Below, in pieces: positions 61,801 through 64,000 of a stretch of DNA of 64,000 nt. Within the stretch, counting starts at the first letter, position 1. Every line of letters begins with the position of its first letter. The notes under the pieces were generated by a model. That model made no database searches, had not been told where the DNA came from, and saw only the letters and a list, made by a program, of their open reading frames with translations. The DNA lies in NCBI RefSeq assembly GCF_000142905.1, contig NW_013657665.1, forward strand, positions 186,001 through 250,000. Direction: 5' to 3'. This stretch comes from Thecamonas trahens ATCC 50062. Taxonomy: Eukaryota; Protista; Apusomonadida. The position numbers and the translations under genes are program-made.

Positions 61801-64000
61801 GACAGCCTGAGCGAGCGCGTTGGCGTTGGGCGAAGCATCAACCACCGACGCCAGCAGCATCACCTCGTATCGCGTCGAATTGACGAGCGGAGCAGCAGGC
61901 GTGAAGGTGTAGACAGTGAAAATGGCGTTCCACACGCCGGAGCCGGCGACATGGACTCCGCGGGAGCCGGCGTCGTCGACGGGCGTCAGAGTAAACGAGG
62001 CTCCGGGCGAGAGCGAGCCGACTGCCATTCGCTCCGAGAACTGGACGACAACAGTCGAGCCGAGGCTCGCCTCGATCGAGCCATTGCCCGGGCTCACCAT
62101 AACCACAGCTGGCCGTGTGACGTCTTCGGTAAACCAAGTAGTCGAGTACGAGGCTGCTAGCGCGTTGGGGTGTGAGATCGAGTCATCGAGGGCGGCGACG
62201 CTCAAGGCGACCTGGTAAAAGACGGTCTCTTCGAGCGGGGCAGCCGGAACAAAGGTGACGATGTGCGAGACGTTGGTTGGGAGGCTCCAAACAAAAGTGC
62301 CAGCCACGCGGGCCGCCGAACCTTGCTTCGTCAGCGCAAAGGCAGCCTCGACCGAAGCCGTGTCCATTCCCTCGTCAAAGACAAGAGTGATGTTGGAGCC
62401 AAGGACGACCGAGTTGTCGCCGTCGGGCGGGACCGAGGCAGCCGTGACGAGCTGCGGGCGGGTGTGGTCCTGAGCCCGAAACCAGAACACGACCGGCTCC
62501 ATGGCGTTGGAGCTTGCATCGAGTGCACCGGCTCCGTAGCTCAATATGTAGTCGGTGTCGTCTGGCAGGTCTGCAAAGGGAGTAAAGGTGAGGACGGTCT
62601 TGGGCGTGTTCCACGCAAAGGCGCCAGCCACTGGCGAGCCGGCCACCGAGACTAACGAGAACGCCGACTGGACCGGCGCCGGAATCATGGCCTCGGAAAA
62701 GGTGGTGACAATGGTCGAGTTGAGCCCGACCTCGGTCTGAGTGTTGTATGGAGCGGTGGCGACGACGCGCGGGGCGGAAAAGTCGCGCGTGAAAAAGGCC
62801 GAGCCAAAGGGCGCGCCAGCAAGGTTGTTGCCGGACGGATCGGCGGCAGCGGGCGCGAGAGTGATGGTGTACTCGGTGAACGACGCGAGGTCAGCGAGCG
62901 GCACAAACTGAAGTGCCGTGTTCTCGTTCGACCAGCTAATGTTGCCGGTGACGGACGAGCCGTCTTCGGCAAGCAGCGAAAAGGCCGCGGTAGTGGCCGG
63001 CACGTCCATGGTCTCGTCAAAGAGAACTCGGACAACAATGTCGGGATCGAGCCCGGCCTCGTCGCGGCCGGGCGAGGTCGACGTCACTCGCGGCGGCGTC
63101 GAGTCCTCGGTGACAAACGAGGCCGAGAGCTCAAAGCCGAGCTTGTTTCCCGCGAGATCGGTGGCGGCAGTGGTGACTGAGATAAAGTGGGTGGTCCGCT
63201 GCGCAAGCGGCATTGCTGGCGTAAACACCATCAGCTGCTCGTTGTTCGCGAGGGCAAAGTAGGCAAAGGTCCCGCTCACCGGCTCGTTGTCGAGGGTGCG
63301 GAGCGAGAACGCGCCACCGGCGTCGAGCGACGTCTGGTTCATGTGCTCGGAAAAGGTGACGTTGATGGTGGTAGCGACAGGGACTGAGGGCTCTAGGGCG
63401 CGCGGCGTGAACGAGTTGCGGTAGACCGGCGCCACAACGTCGATGCAGAGCGGCGCACTCGACGACCACTGGCCGTTGGCCTGACAGCTCCGAGACGAGA
63501 CGCCAACCAAAGAGTACGGCGCATTGCAGGCGTAGCTGCAGCTCGACGGGTAAGTGGTGGCGCACGATCCGATGTTTCCGTTCGTTGGCGGCAGCAGCGG
63601 CCCACAGTCGTGCAGGAGGCATACGGCGTTGTCACCGCTCCACGACGCGTCGGGAAGGCATGTCCGCGCCGCCATGGTTGTGGCGTTGGCCAGATAATAG
63701 CCCGTATCACACGAGAAGGTCTCGCACGTACCACCGACCGAGCGCACGCAGTCGCCGGCTCGCGAGCCAAAGGCCGGCGGCGAGAGGTCCGGACAGTACG
63801 ACAAGATGAGAGCACACGAGGCGGCCGGGCCTGACCAGTTGCCAACGCGATTCAACCCGACGAGGCACGTGCGCGAGGTCGAGCCGACGAGCGAGTAGCC
63901 GCCGTTGCAGGAAAAGGCGCAGGTATCTCCGAGCGTCTGCCCGCATACCGGCGGAGTGGTTACCGAGTTGGGCGGCGGGAAAAGGGTCGGACAGTAGAGC
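55816..64000 (-). CDS. Large multi-pass membrane receptor-like protein: Sushi/CCP repeats, 8 Big_5 (SbsA-type Ig) domains, 7-8 IPT/TIG domains, Cys-rich region, ~7-9 TM; 5' end lies beyond the window
   Basis: C..GY.L.G...R.C..NG.WS...P.C (Sushi); D..PP.V....P......V.F(S/D)E.M...GN.L....F.T x8; P.V..(I/V)SP..GP..G..VT..G.GF; C..C....YK...N..C..C; KILINFLQ and YAFL.LGF...YYWEM....RK TM block. Confidence 0.92.
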   Translation of the reverse strand, partial: LYCPTLFPPPNSVTTPPVCGQTLGDTCAFSCNGGYSLVGSTSRTCLVGLNRVGNWSGPAASCALILSYCPDLSPPAFGSRAGDCVRSVGGTCETFSCDTGYYLANATTMAARTCLPDASWSGDNAVCLLHDCGPLLPPTNGNIGSCATTYPSSCSYACNAPYSLVGVSSRSCQANGQWSSSAPLCIDVVAPVYRNSFTPRALEPSVPVATTINVTFSEHMNQTSLDAGGAFSLRTLDNEPVSGTFAYFALANNEQLMVFTPAMPLAQRTTHFISVTTAATDLAGNKLGFELSASFVTEDSTPPRVTSTSPGRDEAGLDPDIVVRVLFDETMDVPATTAAFSLLAEDGSSVTGNISWSNENTALQFVPLADLASFTEYTITLAPAAADPSGNNLAGAPFGSAFFTRDFSAPRVVATAPYNTQTEVGLNSTIVTTFSEAMIPAPVQSAFSLVSVAGSPVAGAFAWNTPKTVLTFTPFADLPDDTDYILSYGAGALDASSNAMEPVVFWFRAQDHTRPQLVTAASVPPDGDNSVVLGSNITLVFDEGMDTASVEAAFALTKQGSAARVAGTFVWSLPTNVSHIVTFVPAAPLEETVFYQVALSVAALDDSISHPNALAASYSTTWFTEDVTRPAVVMVSPGNGSIEASLGSTVVVQFSERMAVGSLSPGASFTLTPVDDAGSRGVHVAGSGVWNAIFTVYTFTPAAPLVNSTRYEVMLLASVVDASPNANALAQAVATSFVTVDLIAPTVLSVEPPLAAWNVSLDTSVTITFSETMDRASAEAAASLACNGVPVAVTTVWSALDSVLTLAPTSTLDDDVVCQVAVAGTATDVANAANTLGTRFVSSFRSADFTPPILVSSSPAATAVGVSFATVVRLVFDEPMDRSAVEGGFEVAAVPGGPISGEFAWSASDTILVFTPHAFLANFTVHTVNLTVAGGRDISGNSLMAPLSTIFTTLDLSAPRIEATVPSMGAVSVAVHLPITVSFSREMAVAATEAAISLRNVDDGVDASGGSFVWDAPANETVTFYPPGNLTHLTRYELTISTNAAAKAGFLLESPLVVPFTTVRSVPVVAAVSPSAAPIGAAVTVTGTGFELAQCSDIKLDGAPLTGTANVAAPFTAVTGCLVPDAHPGGTVGAVVVELDGLVSSTSGSLTVVPRVSALSVLRGPPGANFTLTGTGLGTLSCSQIRVGGTVATGLASVSGGGRLVDGCYMPMGLTVGATPSVDVEMGGVVSVGAVVFTVIPEVALLSPASGPQNTAFVLRGRGLAGIACSDILFGASQRLPARGTASSGSGTKVSGCTAPPGYLGSLRAVVAVAFNGEESDVDGLFTYRPAVTEVRERAGVAGQPFVLVGSNFGSATCGDIAFGVTPVASATGAIVVSASDPSLVELSGCVIPPGALGASVGVQLFGLELSSNTVPFRYATTVVSISPSSGPPGTVVTLSGWFDFGLSLDAISLGGVVCSATLSPAGLPLTLASCVAPPFPTNTNASVGAVVGGVVSTVLTPGLAFQYAPSLSAIEPAAGPVGGVVTIRGAGFVNATDGETVVYFDGVRCGGSPSVVASDTIVGCVVPGNVPSAGQVATVTVEVVALGDTVPSVNSLPFTYEAGVLGVTPSVIEAYEFVTIRGVSLNGTGVEVLVGELPCDAGRSRLEVSYSEIRGCAVPFGHALGTAQDITVRVNSVLSVATAGLVTVTYTGEPAVLAALPANSLTVGGQNVYLFAKYPEVFLDLPTLAVRFVSETDNSTVVDVPRSALTLIGNAVINFDAPAFPVSGGTRLSVTNRGGNYSAAISFTYFSTPSGLALVSAPGGVWRNSGTMEPTPVLEIVDAFGVRVENALGTGVVVRAVITEVASPARALGDPPVSVVGVEATSARGLVSFDNLAFSGVRGASYAISFEAPGVSGVTPLALPGAIVVEECGTSDQFAVATASGVECECLPGYTPSPTSGSCVACEVNEYKAEPSNAACLPCGPNFATNTTGSVTREACFCKDGWYMPNYNSTECPGCCLPCVAGGVCRDGNIEPAAGFWRASASANDLLYECSVPSACAGGGTTACAPEYTGPICDVCRDGYAKFGEICTLCPPRGESVAVLVFIALAAVTVVLVLIRSALHAHEKEKHSAASAVLKILINFLQSIAFLGDFKTRWPSTLKMLFGISNSSNGVSTRFFSIQCLFSLSFYDTLLAAMLMPVFVAGIPLVVVALEYGLRRAIDAARFKAKALHHFVLRYRMAVLVLAFFSHASITSTVLEAFPCVAFNGKRYLVADMTVECGQARQVAWATAAGVFLVGYCVGLPLAGFVLLYRNRGALHTASVKEKYAFLILGFTSRRYYWEMVILVRKTAIICIKVLLQTNPVAQVYAGIWVIAVSVFVHIRSNPFVFAILTRLELLSLATTFVVLMASQFYYVDKLGGSSAEAVSSPWTTALTVFLVVLLIGVVSIMIVVAVREVLKSLRKKLPMWLRKILQLDSRLELDANFVPDLDWSDSSAYETALAGLDATAFRHAVDDAFLEAATKESRANHQVYKDARTYENMRDTALVELYKRAATTEMPQAEVEAFEAKIVRSLGKPPPADYVDGPEMSGSGSASADARRLARPAELVVDRKGLLKVIRYLDAQPNLKFPDWVAVNQKALFRFVDRHGVVPKSLFFARYLAPPGTTKATRRELDASSLGSSSLSLSSSKSVRSGSSSDAKASSGAGTDGGSDSGSGSSSGSSSAVAMRNDAYLGLSDVATESESM

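Overview
Gene-dense, GC-rich, intron-poor eukaryotic nuclear DNA from a draft assembly, with three N-gaps and poly-C/G tracts. The style suggests a free-living flagellate such as the apusomonad Thecamonas, but that is an impression and not a database result. About 18 protein-coding genes, often in head-to-head and tail-to-tail pairs: F-box-like/ankyrin, LSD1-type Zn-finger, LRR-IQ-CaaX, ankyrin-NZF-MDM2-type RING ligase, endonuclease IV, PH-DH-PH RhoGEF, WD40, a coiled-coil hypothetical, a b5-reductase/b5 fusion, MATE, ZW10, NDUFS7/PSST, classical PTP, a ~7,100-aa tandem-repeat protein, its divergent neighbour, INPP4-like phosphatase, a small hypothetical, and a 5'-truncated Sushi/Big_5/IPT/multi-TM receptor. 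Highlights: (1) a 21-kb ORF with no evident introns, built of roughly 240 SSYSx[DE]xAG[FY] modules with 7- and 14-module super-repeats, head-to-head with a gene sharing the Y-x-x-D-[FY]-A-x-F motif (candidate undescribed cytoskeletal/cortical pair); (2) an MDM2-like ZnF+C2H2C4 RING fused to ankyrin repeats; (3) a 478-bp inverted repeat inside the PTP gene, probably a misassembly; (4) nine single-base frameshifts, nearly all at short homopolymers, most likely sequencing errors. No rRNA, tRNA, CRISPR or transposon could be supported.
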